A stretch of 64,000 bases of DNA from Veleropilina oligotropha (GCA_048128005.1 JBEUKZ010000137.1:62001-126000), one strand, 5' to 3'. Positions 23,312 through 35,756 are shown, counted from the stretch's first letter. The notes: generated by a model from the letters alone, not told the origin. Numbers and translations: made by a program.

Positions 23312-24817
23312 GTGATGAAACTTAATACACAAAATATGGCAACTCCACACCCTCATAAACGCCGAAACCATACACCAGCAAAGCGACGGAATATATCCGT
23401 CGACTCTGTTTCTGATGATGAAGACGCTAAATTTTTGGCCGCTTTCCGGTCTACACCTTTTAATCCTGAGCTAGATGCTCCTTACAGACCTGACCCTCCA
23501 CCAGTCGTACCGGAAAGCTGGCCCCGTTTTTTAACGGTGGAATCGTGCAATTCCAACACACCAATCACTTCTCTGAGTCCGTTCGCCATATCCAAGGCCA
23601 TTCTCGGCCTGGCTGGCGAACCACGATCCGTTAAAAAACTACGAGATGGCACACTACTGGTTGAATGCGCCAGAAAGAGCCATGCGGAAAACCTTCTTAG
23701 AACTGATATATTTGTTAATATTCCTGTAGTAATCAGACCGCATCGGTCTTTGAACAGCTCCAAGGGAGTTATTAGATCCAGGGACCTGCAGGGATGCAGT
23801 GAACCCGAACTGCTGGAAGGCATGGCTAGTCAGGGTGTAATCAAGGTTACACGCCTGACAATGTTCAAGGATGGGAAGAAAGTCCCCATCAACACCATCA
23901 TCTTGGACTTCCGCCTTCCAGTGCTTCCGAAATATGTTAAAGCTGGTTACATCAACATCCCTGTAGAACCATACATCCCAAATCCCTTGAGATGCTTCAA
24001 ATGCCAGGCATTTGGGCATCACAAAGACCGATGCAGAAGAAATCCCGCATGTGCTCGTTGTAGCGAAGAGGGTCATGACTCTGACTCTTGCTCCCAACAG
24101 CCTCTGTGCACCAATTGCAAGGGTAAGCACTGCGCTTACTCTAAGGACTGTCCGAAGTGGAAACACGAGAAAGAGATCCAGAGGGTCAAGACCATCGACC
24201 GGATCTCTTTCCCGGATGCCAGGAAACTGGTGGAATCCCGCACTACTTCGGGCAGATCCTATGCTGCAATTGCTGCAGCACCGGAGCAAAAGCCGATCAC
24301 TCGATCCTCTTCGACGCAAACTGACATGACCTGGCCATCTGGCAAACCATTCTTCAGTACTGTACCATCTCGAGACAAGTTAGCATCATCATCATCAGAA
24401 TCAACACAAACATCAATCAAACCTACTACTCATAACTCTAAAAAAGAGGCTGCTGCTGTTCGCAAGGCAGCAGCCATTAAACACCAAAAAACCAAGACAG
24501 ACCGACAGCCCAAAGGGTCCGAGGACCCTATTAAGCTGCATAATCGCTTTGGTCACCTGATGGATACTAACGAACCATCAGATGACCAAATTGATAATAC
24601 CGACACGATTATCGAGGACCTCGCGTCCAAAATTGTTGCTGCTGCCATGAAGGGTGGGAAGGCGGCAGCAGACAAATTACACCGGCAGACGGAGGAGAGC
24701 CCCGAAACACCTGGGCCGCTTCCTCCTGCCAACGATCCAATGGAAAGCGATCAGCCATTGGATCGCCCGCACAAGCCAAAACCTCCCATCAAGCCCGTAC
24801 TTCCACCAGATAAATAG
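23312..24817 (+). CDS. LINE ORF1, inner copy, intact
   Basis: Three zinc knuckles; near-identical to the outer ORF1. Confidence 0.92.
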   Translation: MMKLNTQNMATPHPHKRRNHTPAKRRNISVDSVSDDEDAKFLAAFRSTPFNPELDAPYRPDPPPVVPESWPRFLTVESCNSNTPITSLSPFAISKAILGLAGEPRSVKKLRDGTLLVECARKSHAENLLRTDIFVNIPVVIRPHRSLNSSKGVIRSRDLQGCSEPELLEGMASQGVIKVTRLTMFKDGKKVPINTIILDFRLPVLPKYVKAGYINIPVEPYIPNPLRCFKCQAFGHHKDRCRRNPACARCSEEGHDSDSCSQQPLCTNCKGKHCAYSKDCPKWKHEKEIQRVKTIDRISFPDARKLVESRTTSGRSYAAIAAAPEQKPITRSSSTQTDMTWPSGKPFFSTVPSRDKLASSSSESTQTSIKPTTHNSKKEAAAVRKAAAIKHQKTKTDRQPKGSEDPIKLHNRFGHLMDTNEPSDDQIDNTDTIIEDLASKIVAAAMKGGKAAADKLHRQTEESPETPGPLPPANDPMESDQPLDRPHKPKPPIKPVLPPDK

Positions 24818-24875
24818 GCAAATTTTAACATATCATTACAAACAAATATCTTAATACACACACCATTAAACCAAC

Positions 24876-27800
24876 ATGTCAGGCACAATAATACAATGGA
24901 ATTGTAGAGGCATTAAACCTAATATTGATGAGATCAGTCTATTAATTCAAGAACACAAACCAACAGCATTATGTCTTAATGAAACCTTCATGAAACTCAC
25001 AGACAACATACATATCAAAGACCACTCACTATACAATCACATTGTCACCACAGGTGACAAAGCAACAGGGGGGGTTTCAATCATTGTCAACAACAGAACA
25101 CCACACAGTCAGGTCAACTTAAACACAAACTTACAGGCAGTAGCAGTGAAAATATCGACCCACCGAGTAATAACTATCTGCTCGGTATACTTACCACCTA
25201 GTACAAACTTACGACCTACTGACCTTGACAATCTCATCAATCAGCTACCGACCCCATTTATATTGTGTGGCGATTTTAACGCCCACAGTACGGATTGGGG
25301 CGGTACTGATGCAGATAAACGGGGACATCAAATAGAGGACTTTATTGGGAAACACAATCTGTGTTTATTTAATACTACCAAATCGCCAACATACATGCAT
25401 CCACCTACAGGCTCACTTACCACCATTGACCTTACCATGTGCGACCCATCTGCTTTCCTGGACTTTACTTGGAAAGTTGGTGAGGACCTCCGCGGAAGCG
25501 ACCACTTTCCAATTTTCCTGGAAAGCACAATTAACCAAGCACAAACATACACTGAAAGGTGGAAACTTTACAAAGCTGATTGGCCAAGATTCCAATCCCT
25601 TTGCGAAGACCAATTACACTCAAACAACTTCACTAATGGCGATGACCCAATATCAAGTTTCTCTACGATATTACATGACATTGCAACACTCTCAATTCCA
25701 AAGACGTGTCCAAATGCAAAACACAAAAGTAAACCTTGGTTTAATGAAGACTGCAGGCAAGCAATAAAAACACGCATACATGCAATTTCAACATTTAAAC
25801 ACAACCCAACATTACAAAACCTTAATAGCTATAGGCTACTAAGGGCAAAAGCCAGACGTACCATCAAGCAAAGCAAAAGGGAATCCTGGCATTCCTATGT
25901 TACCAAACTAAACTCTCGTTCCACTATTAAAAAGACATGGGATATGATCCGTAAAATCAGCGGCAAACATATACCCAACTGCATCAAGCACATTAAAACA
26001 AACACCTCAGAAGCGACCTCAGCTAAAGACATTGCAAATACTTTGGCAGATACATTTTCTGCCAATTCATCATCCGATAACTGTACACCAAAATTTACCC
26101 GTTTCAAACATCAAAAGGAAAAAACAAGGCTAAACTTTAGATCTAACAATTCTGAATCATACAATCAACCATTTACACGCAAAGAACTCACAGATTCACT
26201 AAACAAGGCACATGACACATCAGCTGGTCCTGATGATATACACTATCAGTTACTAAAGCACTTACCTGAAACATCACTTGCAACTCTCCTTGCATTATTC
26301 AATACCATTTGGGAAACTGGAATCTTCCCATCCGCATGGAGGGAAGCTACCGTTATTCCAGTTCCCAAGGCAGGGAAAGATCCATCGCATGCAAACAGTT
26401 ATCGACCTATAGCTCTGACGAGTTGTATTTGTAAAACCATGGAACGGATGATAAACGAGAGATTAGTTTGGTATCTTGAATCCAATAATTTATTAACAGA
26501 ATATCAAAGTGGATTCCGTAGGAACCGGAGCACAATTGATCATTTGGTACGTCTGGAAACTTTTGTTCGTGAGGCCTTCTTAAACAGACAACACTTAGTT
26601 GCTGTTTTTTTCGATCTAGAGAAGGCCTACGATACTACATGGAAGTACGGGATTATGAAAGATTTGTTTGATTTTGGCTTAAAGGGCAACTTGCCCACTT
26701 TTATCTCAAAATTCCTTGAGGACCGAATTTTTAAAGTCAAGGTGGGTGACACCCTCTCCGACCTTCACGACCAGGAGATGGGTGTCCCTCAAGGAAGTAT
26801 TTTATCAGTCACCCTATTCAGTATTAAAATAAACAGCATTGTCAAATGTATTAGTACTGGCACTGACTGTTCATTATTTGTTGACGATTTTGGCATTTGC
26901 TATCGTTCAACAAATATGAACAGTATAGAACGCCAGTTACAACATGGCCTAAATAAATTACAGATATGGTCCGATGAGAATGGATTTAAATTCTCAAAGG
27001 ACAAAACTAAATGCATGCACTTTTGCCAGCGTCGTGAAATACACGACGACCCTGTGCTGAAACTGGATGACTTTGAGATTCCAGTGGTGGCCCAATTTAA
27101 ATTTTTAGGCCTTATATTTGACCGCAAACTGACTTTCATACCTCATATCAAATATATTAAAGCTAAATGTCAGAAAGCTTTAAATTTAATGAAAGTAGTT
27201 TCTAATACTGAATGGGGTGCTGATAAAAAAGTTTTACTCCGATTATATAGATCCTTAATTAGATCAAAACTTGATTACGGGAGCATTGTATATGGTTCTG
27301 CTCGCCATTCTTACCTTAAAATGCTTGATCCAATCCATAATCAAGGGCTTCGATTGGCACTAGGGGCTTTCCGTACATCACCCATGGAAAGCCTTTATGT
27401 CGAAGCAAACGAACCATCACTTACACATAGACGCGAAAAACTTTCACTGCAGTATGCAATTAAATTAAAATCAAATCCATCTAATCCAGCTTTCGAAACT
27501 GTATTTACACCTAACTACGAAATTCTGTTTCAGGCAAAACCAAACAAAATTGCACCATTAGGCATTCGCATAAAACCAGCACTAGAAAAGTCAAACATAA
27601 ATATAGATCAAATTAAAACAAATTACATTCCGGATACTCCACCATGGACACTAAAAGTACCGAAAATTGACCTAGATCTTACATCACTCAAAAAATCAAA
27701 TACAGACACAACAGATTATCTCACAAAATTTCACGATCTGAAATTAAAATATTCAGATCGTGCAAGTATATATACAGATGGTTCAAAAGATGCAGAATTA

Positions 27801-28559
27801 GTAGGAGCAGCCGCTGTCACTGGCAGACGATGTTTTCAAAACCGTCTGCCAGGCAGCGCGACTATATTTACTGCGGAACTAAAGGCAATCGAACTTGCAC
27901 TCAATTTTATATCAAGTAGTATTAATAGGCGTTTTATTATCTATTCAGACTCCCTCTCTAGCTTGCAAGCATTGAGGGAGATGAATAGAAACCCTCTTAT
28001 TTATGATATTTTAATACAGTATAACAATCTTTTACCCTATAATGACATTATTTTATGCTGGATACCAAGTCACATTGGTATCCAAGGCAATGAGAAGGCT
28101 GACCAAGCTGCCAAGGCAGCCTCACATCTTAACCATACACTAAATTGTAAATTACCCCACTCTGATTTTAAACAAAACATAAACAAATATATAAATACTA
28201 CTTGGCAGCACTCTTGGAGTGAATGCACAAGGAATAAATTGCATGCAATCAAGCCTCTTCTTGGCGAATGGGTTCCATCTTACAGGATCATTCGCCGCGA
28301 GGAGGTTGTCTTAGCTAGACTGAGAATTGGGCATTCCCACTACACTCACTGCTACCTGCTTAAGGGGGAGCCTCCACCTGAGTGTATTCCTTGTGCATGT
28401 GCCCTAACAATTAAACATATATTATTGGATTGTGTCGATTTGGATCTCGCACGCCAAAAGTACTTCCGGGCAAACTCGCTCCAAGAGTTATTTAGTCTCA
28501 CTAAGCTCGAAGGTTTATTCGAGTTTTTAAAACAAGTAAATATTTTCTACAAGTTATAA
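24876..28559 (+). CDS. LINE ORF2: AP endonuclease, reverse transcriptase, RNase H, C-terminal Cys/His motif; intact 1227 aa
   Basis: QWNCRG, GDFNAH, SDHFPI; YRPIAL, DLEKAYD, GVPQGS, FVDD; YTDGSK, AELKAI, SDSLS, WIPSHIGIQGNEKAD; C..C......HILLDC. Confidence 0.97.
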   Translation: MSGTIIQWNCRGIKPNIDEISLLIQEHKPTALCLNETFMKLTDNIHIKDHSLYNHIVTTGDKATGGVSIIVNNRTPHSQVNLNTNLQAVAVKISTHRVITICSVYLPPSTNLRPTDLDNLINQLPTPFILCGDFNAHSTDWGGTDADKRGHQIEDFIGKHNLCLFNTTKSPTYMHPPTGSLTTIDLTMCDPSAFLDFTWKVGEDLRGSDHFPIFLESTINQAQTYTERWKLYKADWPRFQSLCEDQLHSNNFTNGDDPISSFSTILHDIATLSIPKTCPNAKHKSKPWFNEDCRQAIKTRIHAISTFKHNPTLQNLNSYRLLRAKARRTIKQSKRESWHSYVTKLNSRSTIKKTWDMIRKISGKHIPNCIKHIKTNTSEATSAKDIANTLADTFSANSSSDNCTPKFTRFKHQKEKTRLNFRSNNSESYNQPFTRKELTDSLNKAHDTSAGPDDIHYQLLKHLPETSLATLLALFNTIWETGIFPSAWREATVIPVPKAGKDPSHANSYRPIALTSCICKTMERMINERLVWYLESNNLLTEYQSGFRRNRSTIDHLVRLETFVREAFLNRQHLVAVFFDLEKAYDTTWKYGIMKDLFDFGLKGNLPTFISKFLEDRIFKVKVGDTLSDLHDQEMGVPQGSILSVTLFSIKINSIVKCISTGTDCSLFVDDFGICYRSTNMNSIERQLQHGLNKLQIWSDENGFKFSKDKTKCMHFCQRREIHDDPVLKLDDFEIPVVAQFKFLGLIFDRKLTFIPHIKYIKAKCQKALNLMKVVSNTEWGADKKVLLRLYRSLIRSKLDYGSIVYGSARHSYLKMLDPIHNQGLRLALGAFRTSPMESLYVEANEPSLTHRREKLSLQYAIKLKSNPSNPAFETVFTPNYEILFQAKPNKIAPLGIRIKPALEKSNINIDQIKTNYIPDTPPWTLKVPKIDLDLTSLKKSNTDTTDYLTKFHDLKLKYSDRASIYTDGSKDAELVGAAAVTGRRCFQNRLPGSATIFTAELKAIELALNFISSSINRRFIIYSDSLSSLQALREMNRNPLIYDILIQYNNLLPYNDIILCWIPSHIGIQGNEKADQAAKAASHLNHTLNCKLPHSDFKQNINKYINTTWQHSWSECTRNKLHAIKPLLGEWVPSYRIIRREEVVLARLRIGHSHYTHCYLLKGEPPPECIPCACALTIKHILLDCVDLDLARQKYFRANSLQELFSLTKLEGLFEFLKQVNIFYKL

Positions 28560-31500
28560 TTTATATTTTTATTTTTAATAGTATTTATTTCACAAATTTC
28601 AGATTTTGTTTTTTATTATTATACTTGTTTTTATCAACCATTTTATCATCACTAGCATTTTATTTTATTGCTTTGTTTTTATCTAAATTTACATTGTTTT
28701 TACTTTCCTTTTTATCGATATTTATATATTTTAACCTGTAAATATACCAATCACGATCATTTCTATTTTATTGACCCGATTATGACTGAAATAATGTCGG
28801 CGTGGTCGTTAAACATCAAATCAAATCAAACTTGGAAAGTTGGTGAGGACCTCCGCGGAAGCGACCACTTTCCAATTTTCCTGGAAAGCACAATTAACCA
28901 AGCACAAACATACACTGAAAGGTGGAAACTTTACAAAGCTGATTGGCCAATATTCCAATCCCTTTGCGAAGACCAATTACACTCAAACAACTTCACTAAT
29001 GGCGATGACCCAATATCAAGTTTCTCTACGATATTACATGACATTGCAACACTCTCAATTCCTAAGACCTGTCCAAATGCAAAACACAAAAGTAAACCTT
29101 GGTTTAATGAAGACTGCAGGCAAGCAATAAAAACACGCATACATGCAATTTCAACATTTAAACACAACCCAACATTACAAAACCTTAATAGCTATAGGCT
29201 ACTAAGGGCAAAAGCCAGACGTACCATCAAGCAAAGCAAAAGGGAATCCTGGCATTCCTATGTTACCAAACTAAACTCTCGTTCCACTATTAAAAAGACA
29301 TGGGATATGATCCGTAAAATCAGCGGCAAACATATACCCAACTGCATCAAGCACATTAAAACAAACACCTCAGAAGCAACCTCAGCTAAAGACATTGCAA
29401 ATACTTTGGCAGATACATTTTCTGCCACTTCATCATCCGATAACTGTACACCAAAATTTACCCGTTTCAAACATCAAAAGGAAAAAACAAGGCTAAACTT
29501 TAGATCTAACAATTCTGAATCATACAATCAACCATTTACACGCAAAGAACTCACAGATTCACTAAACAAGGCACATGACACATCAGCTGGTCCTGATGAT
29601 ATACACTCTCAGTTACTAAAGCACTTACCTGAAACATCACTTGCAACTCTCCTAGCATTATTCAATACCATTTGGGAAACTGGAATCTTCCCATCCGCAT
29701 GGAGGGAAGCTACCGTTATTCCAGTTCCCAAGGCAGGGAAAGATCCATCGCATGCAAACAGTTATCGACCTATAGCTCTGACGAGTTGTATTTGTAAAAC
29801 CATGGAACGGATGATAAACGAGAGATTAGTTTGGTATCTTGAATCCAATAATTTATTAACAGAATATCAAAGTGGATTCCGTAGGAACCGGAGCACAATT
29901 GATCATTTGGTACGTCTGGAAACTTTTGTTCGTGAGGCCTTCTTAAACAGACAACACTTAGTTGCTGTTTTTTTCGATCTAGAGAAGGCCTACGATACTA
30001 CATGGAAGTACGGGATTATGAAAGATTTGTTTGATTTTGGCTTAAATGGCAACTTGCCCACTTTTATCTCAAAATTCCTTGAGGACCGAATTTTTAAAGT
30101 CAAGGTGGGTGACACCCTCTCCGACCTTCACGACCAGGAGATGGGTGTCCCTCAAGGAAGTATTTTATCAGTCACCCTATTCAGTATTAAAATAAACAGT
30201 ATTGTCAAATGTATTAGTACTGGCACTGACTGTTCATTATTTGTTGACGATTTTGGCATTTGCTATCGTTCAACAAATATGAACAGTATAGAACGCCAGT
30301 TACAACATGGCCTAAATAAATTACAGGTATGGTCCGATGAGAATGGATTTAAATTCTCAAAGGACAAAACTAAATGCATGCACTTTTGCCAGCGTCGTGA
30401 AATACACGACGACCCTGTGCTGAAACTGGATGACTTTCAGATTCCAGTGGTGGACCAATTTAAATTTTTAGGCCTTATATTTGACCGCAAACTGACTTTC
30501 ATACCTCATATCAAATATATTAAAGCTAAATGTCAGAAAGCTTTAAATTTAATGAAAGTAGTATCTAATACTGAATGGGGTGCTGATAAAAAAGTTTTAC
30601 TCCGATTATATAGATCCTTAATTAGATCAAAACTTGATTACGGGAGCATTGTATATGGCTCTGCTCGCCATTCTTACCTTAAAATGCTTGATCCAATCCA
30701 TAATCAAGGGCTTCGATTGGCACTAGGGGCTTTCCGTACATCACCCATGGAAAGCCTTTATGTCGAAGCAAACGAACCATCACTTACACATAGACGCGAA
30801 AAACTTTCACTGCAGTATGCAATTAAATTAAAATCAAATCCATCTAATCCAGCTTTCGAAACTGTATTTACACCTAACTACGAAATTCTGTTTCAGGCAA
30901 AACCAAACAAAATTGCACCATTAGGCATTCGCATAAAACCAGCACTAGAAAAGTCAAACATAAATATAGATCAAATTAAAACAAATTACATTCCGGATAC
31001 TCCACCATGGACACTAAAAGTACCGGAAATTGACCTAGATCTTACATCACTCAAAAAATCAAATACAGACACAACAGATTATCTCACAAAATTGCACGAT
31101 CTGAAATTAAAATATGCAGATCGTGCAAGTATATATACAGATGGTTCAAAAGATGCAGAATTAGTAGGAGCAGCCGCTGTCACTGGCAGACGATGTTTTC
31201 AAAACCGTCTGCCAGGCAGCGCGACTATATTTACTGCGGAACTAAAGGCAATCGAACTTGCACTCAATTTTATATCAACTAGTATTAATAGGCGTTTTAT
31301 TATCTATTCAGACTCCCTCTCTAGCTTACAAGCATTGAGGGAGATGAATAGAAACCCTCTTATTTATGATATTTTAATACAGTATAACAATCTTTTACCC
31401 TATAATGACATTATTTTATGCTGGATACCAAGTCACATTGGTATCCAAGGCAATGAGAAGGCTGACCAAGCTGCCAAGGCAGCCTCACATCTTAACCATA

Positions 31501-34500
31501 CACTAAGTTGTAAATTACCCCACTCTGATTTCAAACAAAACATAAACAAATATATAAATACTACTTGGCAGCACTCTTGGAGTGAATGCACAAGGAATAA
31601 ATTGCATGCAATCAAGCCTCTTCTTGGCGAATGGGTTCCATCTTACAGGATCATTCGCCGCGAAGAGGTTGTCTTAGCTAGACTGAGAATTGGGCATTCC
31701 CACTACACTCACTGCTACCTGCTTAAGGGGGAGCCTCCACCTGAGTGTATTCCTTGTGCATGTGCCCTAACAATTAAACATATATTATTGGATTGTGTCG
31801 ATTTGGATCTCGCACGCCAAAAGTACTTCCGGGCAAACTCGCTCCAAGAGTTATTTAGTCTCACTAAGCTCGAAGCTTTATTCGAGTTTTTAAAACAAGT
31901 AAATATTTTCTACAAGTTATAATTTATATTTTATTTTTAATAGTATTTATTTCACAAATTTCATATTTTGTTTTTTATTATTATACTTGTTTTTATCAAC
32001 CATTTTATCATTTTATCATCACTAGCATTTTATTTTATTGCTTTGTTTTTATCTAAATTTACATTGTTTTTACTTGCCTTTTTATCGATATTTATATATT
32101 TTAACCTGTAAATATACCAATCACGATCATTTCTATTTTATTGACCCGATTATGACTGAAATAATGTCGGCGTGGTCGTTAAACATCAAATCAAATCACC
32201 TTTATTTAATGCATGCTGTATCGAAATAATTTTTTTGTGAGCGATCCATTCGAGCCATTGAATTGATTCCATACTATGCTGATCTTGAGTAATATTTGAC
32301 GGTATTCGTGCTATTGGGGACCTCACAAATTCCTTTTCACAATCGGCAGGGTAATTTCGTGTCCATTCACCATCAATCAATGCTTTAAAGTTACCATTTT
32401 CATTTCTTGCTGGCAACCATTCATTATTAATTTTCATTCTCCATTCTTCTGGCAAAAATTGACTTCTATACACAGCACTACATGTCGAGGCTATTGTCAG
32501 GAAATTAAATGGGTTCACAGTATTCACTTTCACTCGTTCGTTATGTTCATTCAATGCATAATATCCAGTAGCTTTTTCTAACAAATCACTAAACTTTAAA
32601 CATGTTTGTTTCAATATCATCACATCACTTCTACAATAATCCAACATTTCTTTTTGTAAGTCAAATACATCATTTTTCACTGTTTCATACCATTCCAAAA
32701 ATTCCTCTCTATCATTTTTTGACATGTAATCGTATCCATATAGAGCGGGTTCAGGGTATGGTCCAACATAATTTTGATTTGCTTTTGTATTATGATAATG
32801 AGCAAAATATCCCTTCTTAAGTTCAGGCAGTCCAAATGCTTTAGGTAATTGCGATAATTTCATTGGCAGAAAATTCAAACTGTCGAGTATTCTAATATCC
32901 ATTCCTTTTGCCACAGACATATACATTATTTTTGATCCATTGTATATGATTTTCTCGGGCCGCATGCTATGCTCGATTAAGTAATCCAGTAGAAATAAAC
33001 CATCGAAAGACTTCATATTATGTGCGATTGCCGTAAAATTACGATGTCCTTCGTAAACAACCATTGTCCAAACTTTTCAGCAGTTCGATTGCCTTTAAAA
33101 ATCACTTCGGTATTTCCACATTTCCCAGCACATGGTGGCATTTCGATTTTCGCATTCTTTTTAATATAACATTGAGAACATCTGCTACCACACGTCGAAC
33201 AATAATCTGTCAAACCATTGCATTTATAACAAGCCGTATGGGCAACTACTAAATTTGGTATATGCACTGGATGACTGCACGTCGAAGTATTACAATGAAG
33301 ACATTGACGCCATTTTTGACTTCCATTATCTTCGGCAGGTTTATATCCATCTGAACACTCCATTATCGTATCTTGCGTAGTTTCATAATCAAAGAAGACA
33401 TATTTCGGAAAGCTTGGTTTGTTGACAAACGATCGCACATAACATTTATGATCAGACATCACGTATAGAAAGCAAGACGAACACAAATATTCTCCACATT
33501 GATGATCGGTCGGTGATCTTTTTTCGACATTCATAACGTGATAACATTTTGTGCATTTAAACCACTTTTGACATTCTGAAGGTCGTTTTCCGCATTCAAT
33601 TATATGTCTATCAAAACAGTCCTGCGATCTGCATGTCATGTGACAATTTCGACAACTCATCAGCTTTATCTCCTCGCACCCGCCAGATTTACAAACGCGG
33701 CAATATTTTTCACACTGGTGCTTATGTCTGTCATTGTAGGCTTTCAGGCAATTTTCACAAAAGTACGAGGTCGAGAAGAAACCAGAGAGAGTTCACGCTG
33801 TTGTAATGACCTACTTCTTGGCCTTCTTTCTCGATCAAATATAAATAAATGTTTTTTCTTTCAGGATTATTCGCAATTCGGCTAAATTTGTTTCCCAATT
33901 TCGCTGATATTGTTAATATGTTGACGTTAAGAACATTTTCAAAAGCTGCAATATGTTTCGGTCCAAGCGGTTGATTTGTTGGTACACCCGCACGACGACA
34001 TAATTCTACAGCAAATTTCTTTTGTTCGCCTCTCTTCTTTTTAATGAGGTTCTTATAATGATATTCTGGGACTTTTCCTGTTTGTAATATTCGGTCCACC
34101 ATTGTTCCATGAGGCAAGTTTTCAGTTAATTTTTTCCATTGTTCCAAAGACACTTTATTTAAGGCGCACCAAGATACTGCAATCGCATGCGGTAAACAAA
34201 GCGTGTCCTCATTAATAATTTCGACTATCGATGTTTTCTGTTTAATGCTTTTATTCAAGTTCGTACGCTCTTGCAGTTCCTTGTGGTAAATTTATAATGC
34301 CCATACTTATCTCAAATCCTTCCGTAATGTCCAATTCCTGGAAGCTCTGGAGCACTTTATCGATAGTTTCCATTACGACATCAGCTGTCAACGTACGTAA
34401 CTCTTGTAACTTCACCACGATAGCGTCTTTCAAGCTGGGGTGCGATAGTAATATACGACCGAGCGAATTCTGTTGAGCCGGTATATCTTCAAGGATTTCG

Positions 34501-34890
34501 GTAAACATGTCGTGAAGATCTCCCGTAATGTTCATCAACTTTTTATTCTTCCAATGGTCAGCATTCAGTTTCACCCGGTATTTCGTATCAATAGCCAGAT
34601 TCGTTTTAAATCTTCTTTGGCTAACTTGCTCCACAACATAACTCTTCTGTTCGCCATCAAGTTGTTGGTTCTTTGCGTTCGAAGCCATTTCTTCATAATG
34701 ATTGTCATAACATTTTCAGGAGTATTTATAGCTGACTTGTTACTATAAATAGAACAATGACATCATTACATGACCGGAAGTGATCGCTGATTGGCTGTTG
34801 AAAACAGAGAGCTTGGCTCTGATTGCCTGTTGCCATCGCTCGATAAGAGGCGCTCGCTGATTGGTCAATATAAATAGCTCATTACCCCTG

Positions 34891-35496
34891 TTGTGCAATA
34901 CTAGTGGTCTCTGATTGGTGAATATAAATAGCTCATGACATCATGTGGTCTCTAAAAATAGCGTGTTTGGACATGTTTTCCCACCAAACTATTTTAAGTC
35001 ATGGGATTTCCAACATATTGTGCAATGCTAGTTGACTCTGATTGGTGAATATAAATAGCTCATGACATCATGTGGTCTCTAAAAATAGCGTGTTTGGACA
35101 TGTTTTCCCGCCAAACTATTTTTAGTCATGGGATTTCCAACATATTGTGCAATGCTAGTTGACTCTGATTGGTGAATATAAATAGCTCATGACATCATGT
35201 GGTCTCTAAAAATAGCGTGTTTAGACATGTTTTCCCGCCAAACTATTTTTAGTCATGGGATTTCCAACATATTGTGCAATGCTAGTTGACTCTGATTGGT
35301 GAATATAAATAGCTCATGACATCATGTGGTCTCTAAAAATAGCGTGTTTGGACATGTTTTCCCGCCAAACTATTTTTAGTCATGGGATTTCCAACATATT
35401 GTGCAATGCTAGTTGACTCTGATTGATGAATATAAATAGCTCATGACATCATGTGGTCTCTAAAAATAGCGTGTTTGGACATGTTTTCCCGCCAAA
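34891..35496. promoter_or_regulatory. 127-bp tandem enhancer-like array (~4.7 copies) upstream of pPolB
   Basis: ctgatt recurs at 34911, 35038, 35165, 35292, 35419. The unit contains ATTGG, TATAAATA, TGACATCA, CTAAAAATAG, GGACATGTTT, TTTTCCCGCCAAA, GGGATTTCC, ATTGTGCAAT. Confidence 0.75.
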
Positions 35497-35671
35497 TGTG
35501 TTTGTTCAAGTCAAGATTTCCATCAAGCAAGTCAAAATGTATTTGTACAAGTCAAGATGTGTACACAATGTGTTTTCCCACAAGCAAGTCAAAATGTGAT
35601 TTCCAGCACTGTGTTTGCCAGTTCTCGCCGTGATAATATGTCCTGGTAATGAGAATTTATACAGTACTGAA

Positions 35672-35756
35672 CTTGAGCCGCGCCAGGGATCGAACCCCGG
35701 GCATTATATATAGTCACAAATCCCGACTTAATGGACACCACTTGGCCGTACAGAGT
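35672..35756 (-). other. tRNA-like Pol III promoter segment (SINE head or small viral RNA)
   Basis: A-box-like TACGGCCAAGTGG and B-box GGTTCGATCCC in a T-arm-like hairpin on the minus strand; no full cloverleaf. Confidence 0.45.

Larger units (their letters stand above)
22804..28829 (+). mobile_element. Inner full-length copy of the same LINE (self-insertion)
   Basis: Same 5' end CCCCCAGTCGGTTAGGGG and (TCAAA)n tail; TSD (A)CTTGGAAAGTT at 22792-22803 / 28830-28841. Confidence 0.95.
22201..31922 (+). pseudogene. Outer LINE ORF2 (APE-RT-RNase H) interrupted by the inner copy; join 22201-22803 and 28842-31922
   Basis: ...FLDFTWKV|GEDLRGSDHFPI... is continuous after removing the inner copy and one TSD copy. 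Confidence 0.92.
20130..32195 (+). mobile_element. Outer full-length I-group (Nimb-like) LINE: 20130-22803 plus 28830-32195
   Basis: 13-bp TSD TCACCTTTATTTA (20117-20129 / 32196-32208); (TCAAA)n tail; removing it restores pPolB IQHALNKG|EVKLPG in frame. Confidence 0.95.
18464..34688 (-). pseudogene. Protein-primed family B DNA polymerase (pPolB), frameshifted and split by the LINE insertion at 20130-32195
   Basis: Exo motifs FFDYET, AHNMKSFDG, YCRSDV; Vsr-like insert KLDGY...YEYNGCIWHGC; Pol motifs YADVCSLYP, KLFLNAFWGK, YFDTDS, GPKNY. Fragments at 34688-34251, 34258-33755, 33660-33013, 33064-32209, 20129-19924, 19879-18464. Confidence 0.95.

Noticed and set aside
20807..24329. Antisense and alternate-frame ORFs over LINE ORF1
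   Set aside because: Shadows of the GC-richer coding sequence, duplicated only because the LINE is duplicated.
28668..31922. 1084-aa ORF as an independent gene or third LINE copy
   Set aside because: It is the 3' part of the outer ORF2 read in frame from the inner copy's 3' UTR (TTG start); the TSD explains it.
35672..35756. Functional tRNA gene
   Set aside because: The acceptor and anticodon stems do not pair convincingly.
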